Assembly: GCF_000315625.1 (NCBI RefSeq)
Contig: NW_005434659.1
Span: 761,848-825,847, forward strand
Length of the DNA: 64,000 nt
DNA from: Guillardia theta CCMP2712
Lineage: Eukaryota > Protista > Cryptophyta
Reading direction: 5' to 3'
The notes beneath the pieces were generated by a model. The model saw only the letters and a list, made by a program, of their open reading frames with translations. It was not told the DNA's origin and did not search any database. Shown one piece after another: positions 29,123 to 41,325 of this stretch. Position 1 is the first letter of the stretch. Each line of letters opens with the position of its first letter. The translations under genes and the position numbers were made by a program.

Positions 29123-32100
29123 TTAGCACAAACTTCCTCAGGAGATTTCGTCCTCCTGTAGAAGACATTTTCAGAGAAACATCAACCATGAGCTATCTTC
29201 CTACCTCCTTCTCTCGCTGAAGTTCATCAGCATCATCACCCCAGCTTCCTTCCGACAAGTCTGAATCACTGATTGCATACTGTGTCAGCACAGATTGGCA
29301 GCGGACTTAGTTTAACATGCCTGCTCGAGTCGGCCTGCGGGATGTACTCCGCATCCGAGAAGATGTTACGATACTTTGGATTCTTCAGGATGTCGTACGA
29401 CTCGATACCTCTGTGGAACAGAAGTTCAGATGAGCAGTTGAGCAGAAGATAAGAAACGACTGGAGAAGACTGTATTCCAGGGCCTCCGAGTACTTGAGCT
29501 GTGAGCCGATGTTGACAGCTGCCATCCCATCATCCTCGTCGTCCTCATCGTCCGAAGTTTCAGAATCGTAACCCGCCTGTTGACAGTCATCTATCCTGCT
29601 ACCCCACACAAAGAACTTGCCCGTTTCCTCATTTCCCGCAACTTCCGCCTCTCCTTCATCCTTTGCCTGCGCCGATACAAGTCCAGCAGATGTCTGTAGG
29701 CAGGGCCGAGGAAAGCCACAACAATATCCCTTGTCATGATGGCAAGGAGGAGAAGGAACGGGATCAGAGCTGGAGCTTGCTGCAGACGCTCGGCAACCAT
29801 CGCTATGAATCCGATGCGCTCTCCCGGCTTCACGGAGAGCTTCCCTCTAGTCGCCAACTCGGTGATCACTGGCACGTAGAGCTGGAAGGAGTAGAGCTGA
29901 CCGAAGCTCCAGCATGCATAGCTGAGATGCAGGTACACCGCCCACTGCAAGGTGTCGTCGATGAGCGGAGCAGGTCAAGAGCAACTCAAAGTACCTGAAA
30001 GAAGTTGGATGCGAGCTGGACGAGGGTCGAGTCGATCGAGCCCGGACGCTGGAAGACCTCTAAAAGGGTGATCTTGTCGCTCCAGTAGGCGGTAGAGAAG
30101 TAGAGGATGCCGAAGAAGTACAAGATGGGCATACCACTAGCGTACATGAAGATGACGAAGGTAATGTTGAGCATCGCCCCATACCTCTCCGAGAGCTGCA
30201 AGGATGGGCCTGCAAAGATCTCGTCGATCTCCTTCTGCGTGAGCGCGTTTGTTTTTGCGATGCGCTGCTGGACCAGAGTGACGGGCCACTTGGCAAACTG
30301 CCCGATGTTGGGGGACAGAGAAGTAGTGAGGACTGTGGGGATGAAGGCGATGCCAACCACCATGTACCACCGCGAAGTCAAGTCTCTAAAGTCTCCAGTG
30401 AGGAGCCCCAGCCCATCCTTGCCCAGCATGGAGAGAGCTGAGACGTAGTAGGTGATGTCGGCGTTGACGATCAGGGAGATCAGCGCTGTGTTGACGAACT
30501 GGGCAAAGAAGACGCTCCTGGCAAGAGAAGCGTCCCTCTCATTGCTGCTGTGCTTCCTCTCGAACTCCACCAGCACCTTGAGGACTGTCGTCAGCACTGC
30601 GTTGATCGCCGACGGCCCTCCAGCGCTGATGATGGTGAGAAGCATCAAGTTCCTCTCGTTGGTCAGGTACTCCTGGCAGAAATCCTTCTCAGTGTTGACT
30701 TTGTTGCCGCAGCCTACAGCGCAGTTTGCACAGTAGCACTTGAGGTAGGACTGGTACACTGCTCGCCCGTCGGAGTAGAGAAGCCACATGATTTGCTCCT
30801 GCACGTTGGGATCGCGGGTTGGGAGCATCTGCGCAGAAGGCAGGGAAACCTTCCATCTGCAAGGACTTCTTGGCGCTGAGGAGGAGGACGATAGATGCCG
30901 ACGAGCAGAGGAGGAGGAAGATGGTTACAAACAGGACCAGCAGCAGCCTGATGCGGCTCTCCAACCCTTTGCTCTGGAGGTTCTCCCATAGAATCACATC
31001 CTGCCTCACGGTCAGCAGAGGTCTCTCGCGAGCTGACGCTCCTTACCGGGTCGGGAGCACGATGAACCTTGAGGCGGTAGCGGTTGCGGAAGAGCGTGTG
31101 CTTCTTGGGAAGGATGCCCTTGAACTCGTCTTCGACCTCCTGCCTGGTGATCTCCGACTCGAACGTTACGAACACAACAACGGCCTTGAAGTCCAGCCTC
31201 GACCTCATCGCCCCCATCTTCTGGATCAACTTGCGCAGCTTTCGCTCGACTTTCTTGATCTTGTCCTGGTAATCCGCGTAGTGGGTCTTGCCAAACTTTG
31301 CCTGGAGGGACTGCAGCTTCTTCTCGAGCGCCTCCCGCTCGTGGCTCAGCTGCAGCAGTTTGCCGTTGTTGAGGGCAATGGAGATGTGGGAGATTTCTCC
31401 TCCGTGCTCCTGGATGGGGTTGAGCTTGTTGAAGAAGTCCTGCCACTCCTGCTTGTCTGTCGCATCTTGCGGCACGTTGTCCACGATGATGGAATAGTCC
31501 GAGCACGTGCAGCGGTCGCTGTCCGCCGCCTTCGACACCTGGTTCTGTACGCTGAGCCAGTGCATGTACGAGCTGCAGGGGAGTCAGGAGAACAGGAGCA
31601 GGGGAAAGAGGAGGTGCGTTACATGTAGAAGATGAGGACGATGCCGGTGTCTATCGCAGCAAGGATCACTGACACCCAGGCCTTGGGGATGTCGATAAAG
31701 ATGTTGTACTGGTTGATCTCGAGGAGGACCAGGTTCCCTGTCCCGTCCTCAGGGCCTCCGATGTTGCCGATGGTGGAGAGGAGAAGGGCAGAGGCCGAGA
31801 TCTTCTTGGAGGAGTAGGAGACTCCTGCGTTGTTGAGGATAATGGAGGTGATAGCAAAACCTGAGATGATGGTGAAAGTCTGACCGAAGTGCTTCAGGAA
31901 CTTGAAGTACAGCCCAACTCCCTCCCCGAACTGCGCGAGATCTTCACAGGTTGTCGACCTCCAGTTGTATTTGCGCGTAGTTCCTGGCTTCCTGATCCCC
32001 ACTGCGTGCATGTGGCTGATCGCTGCGTCAATCGACGGCCTGTCCCACCTTGCCTGCGTCTCAACGACCCTCCTTGACTTCTGCGACCTTCTCCTCCACT

Positions 32101-35100
32101 CTCTCAGTCCGATGAGCAGGACAACAATGCCTCCCAGGACGATTGGGACAACCACTTGAGTGGGTTGAGCTGGGGAGTAGTAGAAGAACTCAGACGACTG
32201 CTCGCTGACGTCGATCCCGTTCATGGAGAGGAGGAGCAGGTCCTTGGTGGAGATTCTTCTTGTGGTCGAGATCGGCTGTCCGGGGAAGGATGGAGCAGAG
32301 CAGTACATCTTTTCCGATCGCATGTAGAGACTCGTCACAAACAACCCATCCGTGCAGTTGGTCTCCTGGCAGGCAGCGGAGCGGTGAACGCATTTCAACC
32401 CCTTGTCCTTGCGCAGCCTCTTGCCGTAAACCGTTATCGGATCTCCGAAGTTTTTGATGGACCTCCGGCCAGGCGTGACCTGCACTGCCTGCAACATCAG
32501 CGCGTCCTGGAAGAATGAGAAGAAAAGGTTTCCGTAGGACGTGAACTGGTTCCCGTTGAGAGAAATCTCCATCGTTACCTCCAGGGTCAGCTCGTCGTCG
32601 AGGAAGACGCTGGACACGTTGGGGGAGAGGCAGTAGATGAGTGAGTCGTTGAGGGTGACCGAAGGCCCCACGAAGTAGATGGAAGGGTTGTTGATCGCCC
32701 CGAACTTGCAGACTGTCGGGTAGGGACTAAGGGTGAGGAAGCCGGAGCCAGTTACGTAGAGCTTGCTTCCTCCTTGTGCTGGGCCCGAGTTGGGGAAGAC
32801 TTCCAGTAGGAGAGGCTGATTGTAATAGATGAACCTGGAGGGGCTGTTGTACGAGAAATCTCTTCCGTTGAGCGCGATCAAAACTTCTGCATACCCTGCC
32901 AATGAACAAGCTCTCAGTTCGGAGCAGCAAGCGACACCTCTCCGACATTCCTTATCCCCCCTGCGCTCGCTGCCACCAACACTGTTCTGACCTTGGAGAC
33001 TCATTGTCTTCGTATTTCTTCCTAATTTTGGTTTTCTTTCTCCATACGCAATTTCTTCTCATGCTTGTACTTCCTCTCTTCCAATCTCCTCCATCCCTTC
33101 TCTACCTCTTGTACTGATCACCCCCTCCTCTTTCCTCACAGCTCCTCCTCCCTCACCTGCGTAGGCTGTATCCTTCACCTTGGCGCAGAGGATCCGCGAG
33201 TCGGACAGGACCTGAGCGTCGCTCACTCCGATCCCGAACTTGCACTTGGCAGGGTAGGAGGAGTCGCGGAAGTTGAAGAAGCCCTTGCCCGAGATCGTCA
33301 CCGTGGATCCTCCTTCAGCTGGACCCCCGCTTGGGATGATCTCGTAGATGGTCGGCTGCTGGTAGTAGACGAACTTGCCGAGGTTTGAGGGATTCTCAGC
33401 TCCAGCTGGGAAGAACTGCTGGCCGTTGAGGGCAACTCGAAGATCCGCCTTCATGGGGCCGTCACCGGGAGGACTTCTGCAGACAGCTCGAGAGTCGCTC
33501 ATGATCCCACCCTGAGACATGAGGGAAACAATGAGCAGCAAAGGAGAGACAATGTGAGGAGAGACAAGAGAGGAGGAGAACACAGAGGAGGGGGTTGGAG
33601 AAGAGTAGACAAGAGAGGAGGAGGAGCAGGAGGAGCAGGAGCAGGAGGAGGAGGAGGAGCAGGAGCAGGAGGAGGAGGAGCAGGAGCAGAAAAGAAGGAG
33701 GGAGGAGGAGCGAAAGAAACAGACATAAGAGAAGGAGAAGGGGAGAATGAGAATGAGAATGAGAATGAGAATGAGAATGAGAATGAGAATGAGAATGAGA
33801 ATGAGAATGAGAGCGGAAGAGGAGGAGGGGGGGGAAATCAAAAATCAAGTGTTCCACCTTGGAGATGATCTGAAAGTTGTCAATGGCCCAGTTGTCAAAG
33901 GCCCCCCTGCCATAGATCGGCTGGACGAGGAAGAAGCTAGCGAGTGACATGTTGCACGGCTGGTTTCTCAGGCAGGTGATCATCTCCTGCTGCACAGGAG
34001 GCTGCGCAACGTTCCGCCGAAAGTTGGGCACTTGCTTCACTACCTGAACGAAGGATTTCTCAGCGTTCAGCGTCCTTGCAGGAACAAAGTCATCCAGCAG
34101 CTCCCATCGCAACCTCTCGTTCCAGATCGGAGGAGACGGCGTACTTGCGGAAGAGGAAGAGGAAGAGGAGGAGGAGGAGGAGAGAGCCTCTGACTTGAGG
34201 TAGAGGATGAGGTCGTCCTGAGCATCAGGGGTCTCACACTCCGAAGGCCACGAGGCATATCCCTTCCTCAGGAAGAACTCGATGTCCGCACCCCTTGAGA
34301 TGTCGACAGGGATGGAGAGGAGGTATCTCCCCACCAGCGGATCTTCAGCTGAACCCGTGAACCGCAAAGAGGAGGAGATGTCGGAAACGTTGGTCACCCT
34401 CGCGCCGAAGCCCTGGATGTTCCCCCCTAGCAACGCTGCCTTCACCATCCCCTCCTGCGGGCTGCCCCCACACTGCCTGTCGGTGATGAGCCCGTCCCCG
34501 GAGACCCATAGGGACTTGTCGTAGAGGTAGTTGTTGCGGTTGAGCGCCAGCACCTGCTCGTAGATGACAGCTGGGTCCACCTCGCTGTTCGCGTACTTGT
34601 CCAGCTGAGCTTGAGTCGGCTCTATCTCCTCCGGCGTCGGATCGAAGTCATCTGCCAGGACTGTTTCTCCCGCATGCTGTTCGCACACCATCAACCTGCC
34701 GTTAATGTCAACGGTGAAACTGCCGTCGTTGAGCCGCTGAAAGCCTCCTGCTGAATCTGTGAACAGCTCTACCAAGGTGTTTCCCCCCTCGGGCCCTCCC
34801 GTCGGCCCGAACTTGACGATGTTGGGCGGCTGGTAGTAGCGGTAGTTGAGGTTCTCCTGCATAGAGAAGTCGAAGCCGTTGAGCGAGACTTGGAGGAGGA
34901 GGTCGAGAACGCATGTGATGTTGTCTACCGTGTTGTACTGCACAGGCCGACAGCCGGCGGCACTGCACTGAGAGAAAGTGCAGGAGGAGATGAAGATGGA
35001 AGGACGGCATCCGTCTCTGAAGAGATTGAAGTCTTTGCCCGGCCATGGCGCCTGCCGAAGGATCAGGGAGATATAGAGGGAACGATCATCGATCACTCTG

Positions 35101-38100
35101 CACAGCATCATTGAGTCATCTTGGACAGTCGCCGGAGTCACTGAGCAGCCGAACCTGCCGCAGCCTCACCGCCTCCTCCCCTTCCTCCCAGCTCACCTGC
35201 ACAGCGAGTTGCCATGGAAGGAGGTGAAACCGGAGCCGAAGATGGTGACGGTGGTGTAGAGAGTGGGGTCACGGATGGGAGGGCCTCCCATGGGTGAGAT
35301 AGCGGTCAGGGTGGGAAGCAGGTAGTAGTCGAAGAAGAGCGAGCCCGTAAAGTCCTGCCCGTTGAGAGAGACTGAGACTAGGGCGATGCCTGAGGAGGAG
35401 GAGGGAGGGCAGGAGCACTCGATCTGATCCTTGGACGAGCTGTTGGTCTTTGCCTCTACTACGCGGGATGCGAAGGAGCAGTACATGCGGTCGACGCCGA
35501 AGGACTGAAGGCCCTTGCCGAAGATGGTCACTGCGGTACCTCCGACGGTGGGGCCTCCTGCTGGGTACAGGAGGACGAGGACGGGGTTCTCGTAGAACCT
35601 GAAGCGGTCTTCAAGGACAGGGTGAAAGTTCTGATCGTTGAAGCTGATAGAGACGATGACGATGATTGACGTGTCAGTCTGCAAGCGAGGAGTTAGAATT
35701 GGCAACCGTTACAATCTATGCCGAGATTGTCACTGATGTAAGCATCAAACAGAGAGACATTTCGATCATCATCATCGTCATTGTTGTCGTCGTCATCATC
35801 ATCATAATCGTCTTCATCATAATCGTCTTCATCATAATCGTTCATAACTGAAATCACTACCTGTGGAGTGCGACAGGTTAGCGTTGTTTCATTGATAACA
35901 GTTCCTTGCACGCTTGTCTGCCATGCAATCGATGACAAATTGTTGACGTTGACAATAGCTGTTGGCTGCATATTTGCTGGTGCAAAACGACAGAAAGTCT
36001 GACGGGATTGAGAGAAAAACGAACTTCCTGCAACAATCTGATCACAATCATTGTTGCTGTCGTTGAACAATCATCTTATTTCTTCTTCTCTTTCATCATC
36101 ATCATCATCATCATCATTATCATCAATAACAGCAATAACAATATCAACAATAACAACAATAACAACAATATCATCGTCGTCTGCATCATCTCGATAATTT
36201 CCTTCGCAAATACCGGAGATGGTGATTGACGTGTTGCCGGCGACAGGACCGGCCTGGGGCATCAGGTGGAGAGGGAGAGGAAGAGGGTAGAAGAGGAAAG
36301 CAGCTGAGAACGTCGTATTCCAGCCTCCAACGTTGTCGACGAAGTCTTGACCGTTAGCTGCGTAACTGACAGACGAAAGACCCGGGCAAACCATGGCCGG
36401 AGAGGAGCAGAGGAGTTGGGAGTCGGACGTGACTTGAGCAGGAACGACTCTGTCGCTGTAGAACCAAGTCTTGTAGACTACATCTCCATAGAAGTGGCTC
36501 AAGACGTTAGAAGAGTTGAGCAACTGCGAGCTCGCTTCCAGGCATCGGAATCGAACCGACGGCACCTCCTTGGTAGACTCGAAATCTGCTCCGAAGATCG
36601 TGATGGTCGTTCCTCCGACCAGAGGCCCGCTCGTCGCACTGAGATAGGAGATCTCGTTGGGGGGGAAGTACTCGATGAAGATGCAGGAGAGGGACGATGA
36701 GGAAGAGGAGGAGGTAGAGGAGAAACTTGCATTGTGCGATGCCATTGCGCAGGACTGGTTCTGTTGATCCTTGAGCGACGAGGACTCGCTGCTCTCATCT
36801 TGCGCGTTGGGGTAAAACTTGACCATTGCGGCGCTGGCCTCCTTCACCACACCAGAGAAACAGACGACCTCCTCGTCGGAGATCACCGCTGCTATGCTGC
36901 TCAGCGCTCCTACCTGACACCTGCCCCCTCCTTCAGCTCCTTCCACATATCAGTCACAAGCACAAGTACCTTGGGTACCACTGGAAGTTGAGGAAGCCGC
37001 GACCGCGGAGGAGGAGCGACGCCGACTGGAGCAGAGGAACTTTCTTGGGATAGATCTGCTCAACTTTGGGGTTGACGTAGTAGGTAAAGGAGACAGAGTT
37101 CCTGGCGTCATCTTGCCCGTTGAGCCGAACCTGCAGCGGGATGGTGCGACTCTTGTTGAGGACCTGACCCGAGACGCTGGACCAGGGGGGAGATGTACAA
37201 CGCACGCGATCCGAAGCGACGTAGGCAGCGGGGACAGAGACGTTGAGGAAGCGGCAAACAGCTTCCTTGAGCATTGCAGCTTGCATCAAGCTGCCATAGA
37301 CCTCGACCTGATATGAGGTGAGAGGCTGAAGCTCGCTGTAACTCTCCTCCTTCACCGTCGTTCCTCCTCCCTCGGGCCCACCGTAGGAAGTTTTCTCGTT
37401 GCGAGTGTATGCGGGATCAACCGCAAGTTCAAAGGGAATGCTGGAGTAAAGGAGGACGGGGTTGGGGTAGACAAGGAATGGAGCGAAGGTGGAGGAGTAC
37501 GTCTACACGGGAGTCATGGAAGTCGAAAGGAAACGCACGTACCTGTCCGTTGAGAGAGACGCGGAGGAAGACAGTGAAGGGCCTATCATGCTAGTCAAAT
37601 CTCTACAAATGACGTGATGAGCTCGCAACCTGCTGTTCGCCTTGTCCTGCGCCCCAGGAACGAAGACAGAGGAGCATATCAACTGCCGATCGAGCTTGTC
37701 AAGCATTGACACCGACATCGAACAGAGTTGAGAGGCTTCACATGGGTGTCGTTGAGGATTATCCCTTTGCTCCACGTCGAGCTTTCTTGTCCTGCATCTC
37801 CGAACCGGCATCGAACATCGTCTGCAAATTCTTTGTGGAAGCCAAACCCTATCACGGTGACTGTCGTTCCTCCCTCCACACTGCCACTTTGAGGGATGGA
37901 GGAGACGATCCCGGGAAGGCAGGAAGAGGACAAGGAGCCACAGTACTGCGTTGCTCGCGTAAGATCAGCAAGCCTCTCTCGCCAAGACTCACCCTGGAGC
38001 AGTTGGAAGTACAATCGCTCACGATATAATAGGTCTTGCTCGTCATGGGGACCGCAAGGAAGTCTGACGTCTCCGAGAGGAAAGGTGGAGGAAATGTGCT

Positions 38101-39913
38101 CGAGGCCGGGGCAGCAGGCGCTCCCCGCACGAGAACTGAGAGTGTATATCCTCCCACTGCCATCTCAAGTGCTGCTGGGCTCGAGCTGAACTTGGCCATA
38201 TCATTGTGAGAGAAGAGGCAGCTGGCCCGAAAGTTCGAGAAGACTTCTCCCTGCAGCGATATGTTTACATCCTGATTGGCTGATGCGTTTTTTCTCAAGA
38301 TGCAGAAGAACTGATGGTGGCGCAAGTTGTTGAATCCGATTCCATACAACCACAACTGGACTGATTGCATGCTAGAAGCATACAGCATCCTCGGTGAGAC
38401 TTCATAGATTGTGAGATTCTGCGTTGACAACACTCCATCAATCTGCATGCAACTCCCCTCACATCACAACACTCTATCACCTGGAAGTCACTCCTCACCA
38501 CCGAGTGAGAATCTCCTCCTGCGCTCCATGTCGCGTTCGCCGCGTACAGATTGAGCACCAGCTGAGGGGTTGTTACGAAGTCGACCTTCGCCGCATGCCC
38601 GAGGCCCAGCTGGTCGTTGGAGTTCAACCCGAAAGACCAGACTGAGAGGTTGTCAAGGAAGGCCGTGATGAGTGAGCACATTACCGTTCCCATCGTCGGT
38701 GATTGCGATGGTGTGGTGGCTGCCGGCTGAGATGTGCTGGACCCTTGTTGTCGGAAGAGGATAGCGCGATCCGAGGCAAACATACTCACGAATGCTATCT
38801 GTCATCATCATTACACACAATTGACTATTGTTATGCAGTCTCGCCTTGCAGCATGGACGAGTCTGTCGTGTCACAGACCACCTGCGGTTCAAACTGCACA
38901 TGTGTGAAGGTATTTCTCTGCTTCTGATCGCCAAGGCCGAGTTGTCCAGCAGAGTTTGATCCCGTGACAAAGACATCACCTGAGATGTTCAACAGTACGG
39001 TATGATGCAGGCCACATGCGATTGCAACAACATTAGGGACTTGGCTGACCAGAGTAGGTGAAGGAACAGGGTCGTAGTGTCCAAGCCCCAGCTGCCCAAA
39101 ATCGTTTCGTCCCTGAGCAAAGACATTTCCATGAGCATCTAAGACAACTATGAACTGTGTGCCGAGGGAAACAGCAACGATGAAATGCTTCTCAAGGGTC
39201 TTGATAAAAGTCGGTACTCTAAAGACCCCCCTCGAAGCAGAGCCCAGTTCCTCCGAATCCAAACCCATCTGACCGTACGTATTCTCACCCCACATGTAAA
39301 GTTTGCCATTCCCTAGCACTGCAGCAGAGTTTTGCAGGCTTGTCTGCAAATCTACCACAAGCGAGTCTGAGAAATCAGCGATCTGTTCAAAACCATCTCG
39401 GTTCTCAATGTCACCAGTGCCAAGTTGCCCGAATCGATTTTCCCCTTGCGCGAAGATGATGCCCCGGTCTGTGCTCACAAGCAGGTGATTTGACCCAGCA
39501 GCTACATGGGCAATGACATTTGAATACATAGAAGACAGCAAGGTCGGATTGGGTACATCGATCGTCGTTGCTGCACTTGCATGATACGAATTGTACGAAC
39601 CATCGCCTGGAACAGTTAGATCGTGCAGCCAGCTAGATCCCCAGAAGTATACTTTTCCTTCAGACGTGAGCGCAGCACTTCGATACCCAGCAGCAAATGC
39701 TCTGACGGCATTGAATGGACCCTTGGGGCATGCTACTGGGACAGTTGTCGGCTGATAAGTCCCCAAGCCCAGCTCTCCATGTGAGTTGCTACCTACCGAG
39801 AAAACTTGGGCCAGAGCTTTTGACTTGACGTCAGTCTGGGAGAGCAAGGGCTGCGCATGTACGAGCAGTAAGAGCGAGGCGGAGCACAGCGTCCTGCTAC
39901 AACCCGATTTCAT
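29123..39913 (-). CDS. Giant membrane protein: signal peptide, RCC1 repeats, ~12 IPT/TIG domains with a nested Reelin-like repeat, single TM, OSCA/TMC-like multi-pass channel domain
   Basis: Exon 38831-39913: signal peptide then RCC1 repeats (GSNSHGELGLG, GENRFGQLGTG, WGENTYGQMG, GRNDFGQLGLG). TIG repeats of the form P.xGPxxGGTxVTIxGxGF..C.F..C.SP..V.LNGQDF..F.YY from 38450 to 32180. TM VVVPIVLGGIVVLLIGL-REWRRR. Channel motifs FGEGVGLYFKFLK, SDYSIIVDNVP, VFVTFE, APDP/DVILWENL, FFAQFVNTA, DLTSRWYMVVG, TQKEIDEIFAGP..SERYG..MYASGMPILY..YWSDK. All on one strand with GT-AG introns and no intervening promoter-sized gap. The exact stop is approximate. Confidence 0.8.
33560..33835. repeat. Intronic (GGAGCA)/(GGA) and (GAGAAT)n microsatellites
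   Basis: Directly visible; lies in an intron of the channel gene. Confidence 0.9.
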
Positions 39914-40992
39914 CTTGCCATTGCCGGGGGGGTTGATAGATGATGTAACGGTTTGAAACGATTAGTCAAGCTGGTTGGGAGGCGTGGCTTTTCATTTTCA
40001 AACACATATAAAATCATAAGTTTTATAGTTTAAAAACAGTAATAATTTGTAAGTTCCAGAAAGAACCACCCTTCTTGAGTACCCCACCCTTCTTGAGCAC
40101 TCCAAATTTGCTGTCCCCTCTCCTCAGTCTGTAGGAGCCTCTTGTAGGGCTCGCATGTTCTAATGTTTCTCATAGGAAATAATGAGATAGGTATCATCCA
40201 TCAGCACATGCATGTGAGTTTCATGGTACCCCACCCACCAAAAGATGATCCTTCAGTCTTTATACCACTACTGTCCACCAAAACTACGGGTCCGTAATCA
40301 CATGAGGGCACCATATAGGGGGTGGGGACGTTACAAGGGGACAAGAAAAGGGGAAGGCTGGGGTGAGGGTGGGTGATAACTTATCCTAGGGGGTAGGGGT
40401 TCAAAACTCATTTCATGCCTTCCTCATTTGTATGGGGTACTTTACCTGCCCCTTAGGGGTGGGGGTACTGCCGAAGTCGTCGATCCCCAGGGGGTACGGG
40501 TAGCACCACAGAAACAGTACTGGAGTGCATGGGAAGGGGGGGCAAAGGATGAGATGCACGATGACATGAGAGCACCTGGAAGGAAAAAGAAGAATCGTGT
40601 AGCATGCAACACTAGAAGGGAAGAATCCAAGCGAAACGAACTTGAACAAACTTGAGCAGTGGTGAGAGTCTGTGAGCCAAAGAGCCTGATCTTTCTCTAT
40701 AATTGGCTTCGAATCACTTTGATTTTGTTTCGACTTACAAGTTGCAAGTGCGTGCGCAATCCAATTTTTATAATACTTTGATTTAGCTCGGAGGGACGTA
40801 GAGATATAGGAAGAGTCATCGAACGATGTGAAGGTTGTTGGAGGAAGAGCATGGGGGGGTTTCAGTCTGGGCATTTGCAGAGACGTGTTTGAGATGATAC
40901 CATTCAGTTTGACTTGATATCTGCGTCCAAGATGGCGTAAACTCCAAATTGGTATGACCTTATTTCATTTTCCAGTCGAAGTTTCTCCGAAA

Positions 40993-41325
40993 ATGTCGCC
41001 ACAACCGCCCCCTCCAGCGTATAATCCGCATGTCCCCATGGCTCATCCTATGGGTGGACCTGATCCTTACGTAAGGACTCTTTGTTATCAATCTTGTTTC
41101 AAATCTGCAGAAACATGCTTTGTTCATCCTCACTTTAAGCCACAGGTCCCGATGGCGCAACCTGTGTATTCGAACCACATGTCACAACAAGTTGTGATAG
41201 AAGAAGAATACTGCGGCCCAGTAACTTGTGCAGCTGGCTTGCTGTGTGTTTTTTGTATCGGCCCTCTTGGTGTCCTCGTTGCTTGTTGTCCGTGCGACAG
41301 ACGAACGGTTGTTGTGCAAGGATGA
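40993..41325 (+). CDS. Small Pro/Gln-rich, Cys-rich tail-anchored membrane protein (BRI3/CYSTM-like), copy 1
   Basis: MSPQPPPPAYNPHVPMAHPMGGPDPY, intron 41071-41145, VPMAQPVYSNHMSQQVVIEEEYCGPVTCAAGLLCVFCIGPLGVLVACCPCDRRTVVVQG-stop. Confidence 0.75.
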   Translation: MSPQPPPPAYNPHVPMAHPMGGPDPYVRTLCYQSCFKSAETCFVHPHFKPQVPMAQPVYSNHMSQQVVIEEEYCGPVTCAAGLLCVFCIGPLGVLVACCPCDRRTVVVQG

